Under the pieces are notes generated by a model. It was given only the letters and a program-made list of their open reading frames with translations, had not been told where the DNA came from and ran no database searches. Below are positions 41,174-51,522 of a DNA stretch of 64,000 bases, in pieces. This stretch comes from Spirochaetota bacterium (GTDB lineage Bacteria; Spirochaetota; UBA4802; UBA5550), in contig CAXXHB010000003.1 in assembly GCA_963664815.2 (NCBI GenBank), positions 3,712,001 through 3,776,000 on the forward strand, read 5' to 3'. A program made the translations under genes and the position numbers. Positions within the stretch are counted from its first letter, which is position 1. The number at the start of each line of letters is the position of its first letter.

Positions 41174-43042
41174 TTATTGCCTCATGTCAATAATTTTATC
41201 ACCAAAAAAATCCTCATAACTCATGAGTTTAATTCCGTTTTTACGTGCATTGTCGAGCTTACTGCTTTTACCATTGACATCATCACAAATCAGTATTGCA
41301 AGATCCTTGGTGACAGATGGAGAATATTCATATCCGGACTCTTCAATAATTTTTATCAGGTCATTCCTTTTACCCGGTCCTTTCCTCGTCATACAGACTT
41401 TTCCCTGCGATTTCGTCTCTAATTCTTCAGAAAGTTCCACAACCCCGAGCAGTTCTGAAAGAAGCTTCATGTTTGATTCATCATTTTTCCATTCAATAAT
41501 ATTTTTTCCAATTACATAGGTATCGTCATGAAAATCCATAAACTGCCGTATTGAATGAATTCCCATTTTAACGAGAGATTTTCTCTGTACCAGAGGAATT
41601 CCAAGTCTGCCTATAAGCTCTGCGGGTGTCATCTTTTTCGAATTTCTTACTTCTTTAACAAAGTTACGGATTTTTTTCTCGGCAAATCCCTCAATGCCAT
41701 CAAAATCTATTTCATTAAGATCATATATATCTTTAATTCCCTTTATCCTGCCAAGATCATAGAGTTTACGCACAGTTGCTTCAGCGACATTCTCAATGCT
41801 GCAGTTTTTTACCCAGTATATTATTCTCTGAATTATCTGTTCCCGACATTCAGTGTTTATACATTTCAGGTGAACCCCGGACTGCATGGTATTGCTCCCG
41901 CAGGAAGGGCACTCACGGGCAATGATTTCATCATTGAAACTTACCCTGTTTACAGAACTTTTATTGGAATAAACAAAAGGAATGACATCATTTGCCCTCT
42001 GAACAATTAAAGTATCACCTTTTTCAACTTTAAGCTTTTTTACATTTTCATAATTATTCAATGTCGCCCGACCAAGCCTTGCTCCCCCTATTATCACCGG
42101 TTCAAAAAGTGCAACAGGTATAAGGTTTCCCTGGCGGCTTACCTGCCATACCACATCTTTGAGAACCGTTTCGCGGAATTCGGCAGGAGGTTTCAATGCT
42201 ATACTGTAATGATGATGATGATCCAGTATCCAGCGGCTGTCTATCTCATCAAACTGCCCCCTGTCATCAACCGAGATTATTAATCCGTCTGTTTCATATT
42301 CCCATTCACCTCTCAGTTTTTCCATATAACGATTGTAAAACAATTCAATTTCTTCTTCATTTTCGACACACGAGAACTCAATCGTATTAAATCCGTTTTC
42401 TCCAAGGAGTGTAATCCTGCCGCTTTCTGTATTAATAAAATCAATACCCGTCATCTGGTAAACGGCAAACCTTACATATTTTAAATCATCCCTGTTTTCC
42501 TTTCTATTTATCAGACCGACACAGTTATTTCTCAGAGGCCTTCCTCCTGTGTCAAACTCAGTATAGCGCGGGATGTAAAGTTCACCTCTCACTTCAATAT
42601 CATCAGATGAAAATGTCAGCTTGCGCGGGATATCCTTAACATATTCCGCAATATGGCTTATATCCTGGCCATACAACCCGTCACCTCTTGTTGCCACATA
42701 GAAAAGCTTTCCGTTTCTGTATCTGCATGTTGCGGACAGGCCGTCAATTTTAGGTTCAATAATCAGTTTTTCACCCTTTAATAATCCAAGTCTTTTCAGC
42801 CATGCGGCAATATCACCTACCGATTTTGCCTTCCCCATTGAGAGCATTGGAATTTCATGTTTTATTTTATCAGCCGCGGAAGCTTCTGTTCCTATTGATG
42901 AAAAATACACATTAGCCGGATCTAAAGATCTCAGTTCCTCTTCCAGCTCATCAAACTCCGCATCTGTCATAAGAGGAGAATCGGAATTATAATAAGCATC
43001 TCTGGCTTCATTCAGAAGTTTTACAATTTCATCACTATTCAT
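41174..43042 (-). CDS. ligA: NAD-dependent DNA ligase (compact form) with Zn finger and BRCT
   Basis: AYYN..PLMTDAEFD, HEIPMLS, EPKIDG, TRGDG..G, EVRGE, DGLII, ATLNN, RANDVIP, CPSC..C....C, C-terminal BRCT-like domain. Confidence 0.85.
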   Translation of the reverse strand: MNSDEIVKLLNEARDAYYNSDSPLMTDAEFDELEEELRSLDPANVYFSSIGTEASAADKIKHEIPMLSMGKAKSVGDIAAWLKRLGLLKGEKLIIEPKIDGLSATCRYRNGKLFYVATRGDGLYGQDISHIAEYVKDIPRKLTFSSDDIEVRGELYIPRYTEFDTGGRPLRNNCVGLINRKENRDDLKYVRFAVYQMTGIDFINTESGRITLLGENGFNTIEFSCVENEEEIELFYNRYMEKLRGEWEYETDGLIISVDDRGQFDEIDSRWILDHHHHYSIALKPPAEFRETVLKDVVWQVSRQGNLIPVALFEPVIIGGARLGRATLNNYENVKKLKVEKGDTLIVQRANDVIPFVYSNKSSVNRVSFNDEIIARECPSCGSNTMQSGVHLKCINTECREQIIQRIIYWVKNCSIENVAEATVRKLYDLGRIKGIKDIYDLNEIDFDGIEGFAEKKIRNFVKEVRNSKKMTPAELIGRLGIPLVQRKSLVKMGIHSIRQFMDFHDDTYVIGKNIIEWKNDESNMKLLSELLGVVELSEELETKSQGKVCMTRKGPGKRNDLIKIIEESGYEYSPSVTKDLAILICDDVNGKSSKLDNARKNGIKLMSYEDFFGDKIIDMRQ

Positions 43043-43272
43043 TCTGGTTCCCTTAATCTAAAATATTTACAAAACAATATTGCTCGCAGTAATTTTTTTT
43101 AACATTATAATAATAGTCTCCATACAACAATTTTAATGTAAAAATATTTACCTCTGCCATTAAATTGTCACAATGTATAGAATATTTTCTGCTTAAATCT
43201 GACCAGGAAATAAGCATTAGAACCGATATGGAATTACTATTTTGTCACACTCTTCCTTTTCAGAAAAATCAT

Positions 43273-43306
43273 ATAAAAAAGGGCTCTGTACAGAGCCCTT
43301 TTTTAT
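43273..43306. terminator. bidirectional intrinsic terminator at the end of the tubulin-like operon
   Basis: Perfect 34-bp palindrome ATAAAAAAGGGCTCTGTACAGAGCCCTTTTTTAT overlapping the stop codon. Confidence 0.88.
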
Positions 43307-46300
43307 TTCAGAATACGATTCTTGACGCTTACATCACGGATAACAACATCAGGCATCTTCTGCTCTATAGTTTTAAGGAACTCTGTTACTTTGGATTTAT
43401 CTGTCAATGCAGGGTCACTATCCAGTCTGAACATTGACGAAGAGATATAATCATCCAGTTTATATGAAAGTGTCTCCATAAGAATATTCTGCCATTCAAG
43501 TGACCCTCTTTTTTCAAAATAATCGCAGAAATCAAGTTTATCCTTAAACTGCGGAAGTACTGTCTGCTCTATTTTCCACGATGGAAGAGATATATCAGCA
43601 CCCGCTAGTATATTTCCCCTGCTTCTTTTAATCACCGATTTGACCGATCTGATAATGAAATCCCGGATTTTTTTTTCACTCTCAAGAAAAACGGCGAGTT
43701 CACCATTATGAGCAAACTTCGGGATCTTTATATTTTTATCTGTATAAACATCCTTCGGAATCCCCTGCGCCAGAACTCTTTCACCAGTATTATCTCCATT
43801 CATTATATCCATTATCACCAGAGAGTATTCTTTACGAAACTGCAGCTTCCCGTCCTCAGGATTCCTGGCAAGTATTCCAAGACCACTGACTACTTCACCA
43901 AGAAGATCTGGCTGGATGTTTTCAAATCCACCCTGCTGTATAATTTTTTTTTCCAGTTCCAGAATTACCCGTTTATAGTTTTCTCTTGCTTCCAGTTCTT
44001 TGAGTACTTTTTCAATCTTTTCTTCGTAAAAATAGGCTCCATCTTTCTCCTCTATTATTTTTAAAAGAATAAGTCCCGTCCAGAGCTTCTCGGGATTAAG
44101 ATAATTTATTTTCCTGAAAGGATCGGGGAAATACTTTGCGTCAAAAGACGGGTTATTGAAAAGATGCAGCGGATGACTCCTCTCTGAAATAATAGTGTGA
44201 TAGTCGCCAGCGCTCTCTTCAAGTGAATTTATTTTAAATAATGGAAAGCCAATCAGTAACCCGATGGAGATTATCTCGTAAGGTTTGCAGAGATTCAACA
44301 CTTCAAATGTTTCAATGCTGATCTTCGGTTCAGAGGTCTCCCTCTTCCTGTACTGGTTCAATCTTGGAGGGAGATCATTCGGCAAACAATTGTCCGGTTC
44401 ATCTTCATCCTCATTTGTATTCAACGGAAAATTTGTAACAGTACCGTAACACTCCACTGAGCTTAGTCCGGAAGTATCAAGGTAGATATAAGGTCTTGAA
44501 AAGCTGTCGAGCTTTTCGAGAATGAAGTTAATCGGGATTTTTCTCTCATCAAGTATCTGTTTTATAGAAATTGAATCTAAGCTGAAACCTTTGAACCTGG
44601 AGTGTATAAGTTTAAACAGCTTCTTTTTAATGTTAACTGTTTCAATCGTCAGAAGCGTGGTTTCGCTCAATTTAACACCACTATCTTCACCTGTGCCGGC
44701 ATAAAGAGCCTCTTTAACTTCATCGATAGTTTTATCTTTCAGGCTGCCAAACCGCGTGTTTATAATCTCTTTCACTTCAGCTGCATCCAGATCAAGAATA
44801 CCAGGCCCTTCGGTCGAGATGAGGAATGCTTCTATAAACTGCTCTGCGTCATCCTCTATGCAGAATTTCACAAAATCAACCTCATGACACAGTTCCTCAA
44901 TTGATAAACAGGAATAAAAGTTTTTTTCTAAAAAGGCGTCTATTTCTTTTCTGTTTATCAGATAGAAAAAGAGTGGATTCTTTTCTTCAAGAAGTTTAAA
45001 GCGGATTGATTCGACTTCCTTCATAAGATTAATCTTCAATGCGGAAATTTTTTCTGAAAGTATATTAATTCCGTTGTTCCTGATACTGAAAATTACACCA
45101 CGAAGTTCCCTTATAAAAGCTTCAGCCGAAGTAAGCATTGATTCATGCACAAGCTGCCCGAAATTAAAAGCAGCCATTTCAATTATCGCCCCGGCCAGCT
45201 TTATATCAGGGGAGTCAGAACTCTCCGCCTGTTCTATAAGCTTACTCATATCGTCTGCGGAGTACCTTGCAAGCGCCACTCTCTCTCTGTAATATCTCTT
45301 CTGGTATATATCAAGTTTCTCAAGAAGCAGGCTGGATACCATTGCAGCAAAAATAAAACCGCGTTCCGGATCAACTATGTATTTTTCCATTTCCGGGATC
45401 AGTATACCTTTTATCTTCTCAAGTTCAAGCCGGTAGCGCCTCTCCATCCTTGCCATCATCCCGAACTTCAGTTTCTCAATCTCTCTCTCTCCATAATCCC
45501 TTATTACATTCTCCATCAGCTTTACAACAGAATTTTTATCATCTTTCCCGGTTATGGCATCGAGTCTTTCACGGTATGACACCATTTCTGTGTTTATATC
45601 CGCTTTATAATCGGGATACATTCTTTCAAAGATCATCCTGCAATCAAATCTTAACGTTCTCACAAGCCCATGGTTTATATCTCCCATGGTTTCCAGCATA
45701 AGTCTCCCTTTAACCGGTTTAAAAAACGCATCGATCATTTTTACTGACATAAGACGATAGCCTATCTCTTTAAGTTCAGAGACCGGGTATATTACCCTTG
45801 AAAGACCAAATGAATTATAACATGCTTTTCTCTGAGACTTGCCGTTTTCCGGCAGAAAGACTGGTGCACGAGTTGAATCATTAACGGCTCTCTCTTCAAT
45901 TGCACCTACGGCAATTGACGATATGAAAGCAGAGATAAACTGCCCCGCAAGATCCTGAACATGTTTTTTCCCCTGAAGCGAATTTCCCGCCATATTTTCA
46001 ACATCAAGCAGATATAGCATGCCATCATCAAACAGCCTGTCTGCAACTTCCACATTTCTACCCGATGGATATGCCGCATTGAATGTGCCTCCACACATAT
46101 AAAAGTCTATTTCTTTCAACGCCGCATAAGCATTTGCTCCGGTATTTTTGTTGCTGACCACCCTCCTGAAAGCGGAAGGCAGCATAAGTATCACGTAAAT
46201 TTTCGGTTTGATCCAGTGGTCCTTAAATATATCCCTTACCATTGCGGCAATATCAAGAATCATACCACTCCCGGTACCTCCGACAATCGAAGCGGTTAAA

Positions 46301-47130
46301 AAGACCGATATCTGACCCTTTCTCCGGATATGTGCAACCCTGAATTTTAACTCCTTCCCTTCAAAATCGTCACTGTTTAACTCGAAATAATAACCATTCT
46401 CATCTTCAGGGAAAAAACTCATTTCTACTTTACCCTCAATTTGCGGGCAGAGAACGGAACTTGTGAACATGTCCGGTTCAATAAGTGTAATAAAATTCTC
46501 TGCCGGAATTTTATCCCGGAAATTATACCTGTTTACACCTCCCGCTATTTTAAAACTTATAGTCTCATCTTTTTCATCTCCACTCTCTGCTAAATCCATA
46601 AGCCGGAAGAGTCCGGGGTTTTCAGTCAGCTCATCAAGTCTGTCCCTTTCTCCGATCAAAGCCTTCCTGATATTATCCTCGCTGTAAAAAAATGCGAGAC
46701 GCCCAAGCGCCCTGATCCGGTTTGTACCTTGCCCCTCATGTGTTGAAATATCGTATACATCCGGATCAGGAAGCCAGTTGAAACATGGATCATTCTCATG
46801 TTTATCCCTTATAAATTCCGCAGAGAGACCGGCAGGTACCGGAGAATAAAGGTACAACATCCTTTTCTCTTCCTGATAAAACCGGTCAGAAGGAAACCTG
46901 TAATTCCCAGTCATCCCTTCAATATTTGTTTCAATATCCGTTGTATCAATTCCGACCCATCTAATATACATTTGTGCTTCAGAAGGAATATTTTTTTCAA
47001 TATATTTCCTGGCGGAAAGGACGCCTCCCATACCCGATCCGCCCACTCCTATTACAATAGATTTCCTGACCGTGGGTTTATCATCATTGATGATATTCTG
47101 AACCGATTTATGCAGATTATCATTTATCAT
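43303..47130 (-). CDS. large tubulin/FtsZ-like domain protein (Tubulin_2/FtsZl1-type) with long helical C-terminal region
   Basis: IVIGVGGSG (T1), GIDT (T2), RIRALGRLAF, SIVGGTGSGMILDIA (tubulin signature), ANAYAALKEID; then about 800 aa of mostly helical sequence. Confidence 0.88.
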   Translation of the reverse strand: MINDNLHKSVQNIINDDKPTVRKSIVIGVGGSGMGGVLSARKYIEKNIPSEAQMYIRWVGIDTTDIETNIEGMTGNYRFPSDRFYQEEKRMLYLYSPVPAGLSAEFIRDKHENDPCFNWLPDPDVYDISTHEGQGTNRIRALGRLAFFYSEDNIRKALIGERDRLDELTENPGLFRLMDLAESGDEKDETISFKIAGGVNRYNFRDKIPAENFITLIEPDMFTSSVLCPQIEGKVEMSFFPEDENGYYFELNSDDFEGKELKFRVAHIRRKGQISVFLTASIVGGTGSGMILDIAAMVRDIFKDHWIKPKIYVILMLPSAFRRVVSNKNTGANAYAALKEIDFYMCGGTFNAAYPSGRNVEVADRLFDDGMLYLLDVENMAGNSLQGKKHVQDLAGQFISAFISSIAVGAIEERAVNDSTRAPVFLPENGKSQRKACYNSFGLSRVIYPVSELKEIGYRLMSVKMIDAFFKPVKGRLMLETMGDINHGLVRTLRFDCRMIFERMYPDYKADINTEMVSYRERLDAITGKDDKNSVVKLMENVIRDYGEREIEKLKFGMMARMERRYRLELEKIKGILIPEMEKYIVDPERGFIFAAMVSSLLLEKLDIYQKRYYRERVALARYSADDMSKLIEQAESSDSPDIKLAGAIIEMAAFNFGQLVHESMLTSAEAFIRELRGVIFSIRNNGINILSEKISALKINLMKEVESIRFKLLEEKNPLFFYLINRKEIDAFLEKNFYSCLSIEELCHEVDFVKFCIEDDAEQFIEAFLISTEGPGILDLDAAEVKEIINTRFGSLKDKTIDEVKEALYAGTGEDSGVKLSETTLLTIETVNIKKKLFKLIHSRFKGFSLDSISIKQILDERKIPINFILEKLDSFSRPYIYLDTSGLSSVECYGTVTNFPLNTNEDEDEPDNCLPNDLPPRLNQYRKRETSEPKISIETFEVLNLCKPYEIISIGLLIGFPLFKINSLEESAGDYHTIISERSHPLHLFNNPSFDAKYFPDPFRKINYLNPEKLWTGLILLKIIEEKDGAYFYEEKIEKVLKELEARENYKRVILELEKKIIQQGGFENIQPDLLGEVVSGLGILARNPEDGKLQFRKEYSLVIMDIMNGDNTGERVLAQGIPKDVYTDKNIKIPKFAHNGELAVFLESEKKIRDFIIRSVKSVIKRSRGNILAGADISLPSWKIEQTVLPQFKDKLDFCDYFEKRGSLEWQNILMETLSYKLDDYISSSMFRLDSDPALTDKSKVTEFLKTIEQKMPDVVIRDVSVKNRILK

Positions 47131-47131
47131 A

Positions 47132-48010
47132 TTACTTCCCTGCCATGCTGAAAGGAGCCATCATAGGATAGAGCCCGTCTTTGCCCGGTGATGAGATATC
47201 ATAACCCGGATAAATTCTGTACAGCCTCAACAAGAAGTTATTCTCATACTTTGTAATCCCGGCATCTGTCTTTACTTCATACTCCTGATTAAAGATATGA
47301 AATTCGAAGTAACCGTTAACAAATTTCTCATTCTGATTAAGCCTTTCTCCCAGACGGATACGAACAGGTTGTTTCGGATCGATCGTCCGGAACGCAGGAT
47401 CTCCCGCCGGATCAGCCTCTTTCATTATATAAATTCTTTCGCTGACACCCATTGGCCTGAACGCTTCAAGTCCGGGATAGCAGATAAGAGCTTCCCCCCC
47501 TCTGCGAAGGTCAATCATGTACTCCTCGTATATGCTGTCCGGCAGGTTGTTGAGGTCCTTCTCAGACCTGTTATTCAGTATTCGTATATGAACATTAAGG
47601 TGATCATTAATTATTTCCGTGGAATATGTTTTAATGTTGCCCTCTGTCTGACCTATTGTAATCAGCTTCCCGGTGACATCCCCTCTGGCAAGTGAATACC
47701 TGAAAATAAGTCCGGGGTCGGGCAGATTTTTCGAATCAACCACTCCCTTTGCAATGGTTTTTTTTATCTTCTTTTCAGATCTATCCTTAACCGAAGAATT
47801 GTTGCTCTCCGGATCATCTACACTCTTGTTCCCGGGTTTCCTCATTTTTTCAAGAAAGATTCTCTGCAAAACAACAGCCAGTGTCAGTATAAAAATTACC
47901 AGCACAGAGGCCGACAGCAGAATTCTGTAGAACTCAACTTCTTTCTGAAGTTCATAGATCCGGGGGTCGAGCTGCTGAAACAGGCCGAGTGAAAAAATAA
48001 ATTTAAACAT
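47132..48010 (-). CDS. single-pass membrane protein with possible degenerate FHA-like domain
   Basis: TM ILLSASVLVIFILTLAVVL, Lys/Ser-rich linker, beta-rich C-terminal domain with ITIGQ..S.EI..DH; RBS GGAGG; 1 nt from the tubulin-like start. Confidence 0.7.
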   Translation of the reverse strand: MFKFIFSLGLFQQLDPRIYELQKEVEFYRILLSASVLVIFILTLAVVLQRIFLEKMRKPGNKSVDDPESNNSSVKDRSEKKIKKTIAKGVVDSKNLPDPGLIFRYSLARGDVTGKLITIGQTEGNIKTYSTEIINDHLNVHIRILNNRSEKDLNNLPDSIYEEYMIDLRRGGEALICYPGLEAFRPMGVSERIYIMKEADPAGDPAFRTIDPKQPVRIRLGERLNQNEKFVNGYFEFHIFNQEYEVKTDAGITKYENNFLLRLYRIYPGYDISSPGKDGLYPMMAPFSMAGK

Positions 48011-48028
48011 TCCTCCTCCAATTACAAA

Positions 48029-49225
48029 CTATATATTTAATGAATGAATGTAACCATCCGTGGAGCCGAAATAAATTTTACCATCCGAGATAAGGGGCTT
48101 CCCGTATATATTGCCATCTGTCTTGAACCTGAACGATTCCTTCCCTGTAACAGCATCAATGGCATAAAGCGAGTTATCGGCCGAACCGAACCAGACTAGT
48201 CCGTTATCTAAAACAGGTTCCGTTCTTATCTTTCCACCCGCACTGAAGTGCCAAACACTCTTTCCTGAAGAATCGAGACAGTAGAAGGTTCCAGCATCTG
48301 ATCCGAAATAAAGATATTCACTTCCGCGTGCCATGCCAGATACAATATTTCCTATAACAGAAGATTTTACTTCAAAATTCCACTTATATTCGCCATTTTT
48401 CCTGTCAACGGCATAAACAAAACCATCCGTGGTCGCAGCGGCAACATAACCTCCGGATTGTGAAACATACGGTTTCATCCTGCAGGCACCGCTTAACTCA
48501 TACTCCCAGATTTTCTGAATTTTACTGCCGCTGTAGTCAAACCCGAACAACCGCCGATCCTCCGACCCTATAAATAACATTCCGGAATCAACTGAGGGTG
48601 TGGAAACCGTTCCGTTTATAGAGACTCCCCATACCGGATTGCCCGAACTTTTATCATTGGGGTTAAATATATCGAAAGCATAAATTCCGTCAAGCGCCGT
48701 TATAAGCAGATACTTCCCGGCCAAAACTGGTTCTGCAAGTATACCTTTCTTCATTTTTTTCTGCCAGAGAAGCCTGTTTCTGATCTCTCCGCCCTCTCCG
48801 CCTAATGTTCCGAGGCCGGTATCAACAGCAAAAACAACGCCTTCGCGAACAACACAGTAGAGTATACCATCGTGAAAAACTGGTGCCGAATAAATCGCCC
48901 CCTGAAGCGTAACTTTGCTCACTGCATGAAGTGCCGATTCACCATGTTCAAAGAAAAATATCTCACCCTTAATATTTGCAGCCGCATATATCTCACGATT
49001 AATTTTATTTGGAAGCCTTATACACCCCGAATGAAAGCCTCCCCCCGTTCTCAAAGATAAAGATTTCATGGCAATATCGGTATTTACAGATACTGGTAAA
49101 TCATCCGGATTTCCATCCGAAAGAGTTCTGATTTTGTTATTTATAAGAGGTGCAAATGATTCATCTATCATAAGATTAGCGGCATCAAAGGCTTTCAGAG
49201 GTTTAAGGAAGGGATTATCGCTCAT
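48029..49225 (-). CDS. PQQ-binding-like beta-propeller repeat protein (no signal peptide)
   Basis: Repeated units such as YFGSDAGTFYCLDSSGKSVW, WFGSADNSLYAIDAVTGKESF, YFGSTDGYIHSL. Confidence 0.88.
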   Translation of the reverse strand: MSDNPFLKPLKAFDAANLMIDESFAPLINNKIRTLSDGNPDDLPVSVNTDIAMKSLSLRTGGGFHSGCIRLPNKINREIYAAANIKGEIFFFEHGESALHAVSKVTLQGAIYSAPVFHDGILYCVVREGVVFAVDTGLGTLGGEGGEIRNRLLWQKKMKKGILAEPVLAGKYLLITALDGIYAFDIFNPNDKSSGNPVWGVSINGTVSTPSVDSGMLFIGSEDRRLFGFDYSGSKIQKIWEYELSGACRMKPYVSQSGGYVAAATTDGFVYAVDRKNGEYKWNFEVKSSVIGNIVSGMARGSEYLYFGSDAGTFYCLDSSGKSVWHFSAGGKIRTEPVLDNGLVWFGSADNSLYAIDAVTGKESFRFKTDGNIYGKPLISDGKIYFGSTDGYIHSLNI

Positions 49226-49376
49226 TTTTTCACCGGCCCTGAAATTGGTAACTCTATAGACTTATAACAGAACTTTCCCGCAACAGGGAACGTCCTTATC
49301 ATAAATTTATAGAGTTACTGAACTATTGTTTATAATTTCAGAGTACCGCGGTTATAAATAAAGTCAAGAAATCTTT

Positions 49377-51203
49377 TTACTCTGTTTTAAAGGATCCAAC
49401 TTCAACTGCAAGTTCATGAGACCTGCCATTTAGTTCGCTGGAAAGCCCGCTGATCTTTTCCGAGTTTTCAGATGTCAGCTGCGCATATTCATTTACCGAG
49501 TTTATTGCTTTTGTAAGTTCTTCGATGGTCATCTGCTGCTCAAGCGAGGAATCGTGAATATCCCTGGATATATTACTGAACCTCTCAATCTCTGATCCGA
49601 TCTTTTTATTTTTATCCGATAGATTTTCAGTAAATTTGTATGCGTTGTCAATTACTCCCGCTGTCTGAGAAATGCTGTTCTTAATTATATCAAGTATTTT
49701 TGATGTTTCTATAATATTATCAAGCTCCCGGCTGATTTTAAGGGTCTGAACCGATAGATTTTTCTTTATATCTCCCGCAAGGCTTGAAGTCTGATCAGCC
49801 AGTTTATTCACTTCATCTGCAACAACAGCAAAACCTTTTCCATGTTCGCCCGCCCTGGCTGCTTCGATTGATGCGTTAAGCGCCAGAAGATTTATCTTAT
49901 CAGCTATATCATTTATCATGTTGATCATATTATCAATATTCCCTACGAAAGAAGAAATATCTTTCATAGTCTCAACAGTTTTAAGCATTGATGTTCTCCC
50001 TTCATCTGTTTTGGCCATAGAAGCAGACACGCTCTCCATAATCTCACCAGTTCGGAGTTTAAGCTCCATGGTATCACTGGCAATATCGAGAAGAACATCT
50101 TTCATTACTCCAAAATCCTTCTGCTGCTCTTTAATCCGTTCAACATTAATATCAAAGGATGCCGACATCTCTTCATAGGCGCTTCCGGCTTCTTCAGTTA
50201 TAGCCGAAAGACTTCTGGCCGTATCGGAAAGATTTTCAGATGTCTTATCAAGCCCCTGACCTGTCTGTTCAAGATTAAAAGCATTGCTTGCTAGAGTATT
50301 AACAATTCTTTTAAGACGCTCCTTTACCTTGTAAACAGACTTGTTTATTGTTGAAAGTTCATCCATTACAACTATCTTTGAGGAATATGCCGCGAGATTA
50401 CCCCGCTCAACTTCTTTCAGGATCCTGTTTATACGAACTACTCTTATGATTAATGTCTTGGCGAATATGCCTGAAACATATACGGCAAGAAATATGCCTA
50501 TAGCTGCTATAACACCCAGTCTCGTATATATCACGCTTTTATCAATATCCATTTTAGTGCTGAGCATCAGAAGATAAGCCAGAATTGAAAGGAAAGGAAT
50601 AAACATGATTACAATAATCGACGAAAGCACTTTCTGGTAAATGCTTATACTGAAAAATCTGGGAACCTCACGCCATACAGGAAACACCCCCTGTTCAAAG
50701 ACATTCTGAAGATAAATCTCGCTTAAAAGAAAAAACAACACCACAGAAAATGAACCACATATGACCATCAAAAGCCACATATTAATAGCCTGAACTGTAC
50801 TGATTTCCGCAAAATACATAGTAAGTAAATTAACACAGGCCATTCCGAATAACCACCTGAAAAATGCTCCTATACTATGATAAAATGGAAGTTTTCGATA
50901 CCTGATAAATGCGGCATTATATGTATCCTCATCGTATACCTCCCCCCGGATAAGAATTCTGAAATATTTAAGTATAGGCCTTAGCACAAGGTAATTGTTA
51001 AGCAATGTTGTCAGGCAGGAGAGAGTCGCCGTAAAAAGCGCTGACAAAATAAAAACATTTAACTGATCCGGATTAAATTCAAGATTCGAATAAACATAGA
51101 GAATCATAAGTGGAATGAGGAAAAAATAACTTATAGAGTCTGTTTTCAAAAAAAATAATACAAAAAAATGTTTTATATCTCTGGAGTATTTGTTATCTGC
51201 CAT
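49377..51203 (-). CDS. methyl-accepting chemotaxis protein with multi-TM sensor
   Basis: [37 protein letters not shown]; about 6 N-terminal TMs and HAMP. GAGG RBS favours ATG 51203 (ORF track start 51260). Confidence 0.93.
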   Translation of the reverse strand: MADNKYSRDIKHFFVLFFLKTDSISYFFLIPLMILYVYSNLEFNPDQLNVFILSALFTATLSCLTTLLNNYLVLRPILKYFRILIRGEVYDEDTYNAAFIRYRKLPFYHSIGAFFRWLFGMACVNLLTMYFAEISTVQAINMWLLMVICGSFSVVLFFLLSEIYLQNVFEQGVFPVWREVPRFFSISIYQKVLSSIIVIMFIPFLSILAYLLMLSTKMDIDKSVIYTRLGVIAAIGIFLAVYVSGIFAKTLIIRVVRINRILKEVERGNLAAYSSKIVVMDELSTINKSVYKVKERLKRIVNTLASNAFNLEQTGQGLDKTSENLSDTARSLSAITEEAGSAYEEMSASFDINVERIKEQQKDFGVMKDVLLDIASDTMELKLRTGEIMESVSASMAKTDEGRTSMLKTVETMKDISSFVGNIDNMINMINDIADKINLLALNASIEAARAGEHGKGFAVVADEVNKLADQTSSLAGDIKKNLSVQTLKISRELDNIIETSKILDIIKNSISQTAGVIDNAYKFTENLSDKNKKIGSEIERFSNISRDIHDSSLEQQMTIEELTKAINSVNEYAQLTSENSEKISGLSSELNGRSHELAVEVGSFKTE

Positions 51204-51522
51204 TTGATTTTTCCTCATGTTTTTCTCTTTAATACAAACAACAAGACAAATTTGATACATATATATCTGTGTGTTATATGTATTTTATAATATTATGTTT
51301 ATATGCAATAAGGATTAAAACGTTTTATAAAATAATCAATTCAAATTTATATAAATAATCTTTTTTTATGAAAGTGCTTCGAAAGTGCTTCAAATGCGGT
51401 TTTATAACGCAGGAGATGCAGATTGTATTATATGATCGGGTTTTCAACATCCGGATTTTTCACTAAAAGACAGTCAAACAAAAGTAATACCGATTAACTA
51501 TTCTTACAGATATTTTAACAGC

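Noticed and set aside
43303-47130. Canonical cell-division FtsZ
   Set aside because: It is 1275 aa, lacks the NxDFAD T7 loop and FtsZ C-terminal peptide, and has no ftsA/ftsQ neighbours.
48029-49225. BamB or PQQ-dependent dehydrogenase
   Set aside because: No lipoprotein signal, no bam context, and too short with no quinoprotein catalytic features.
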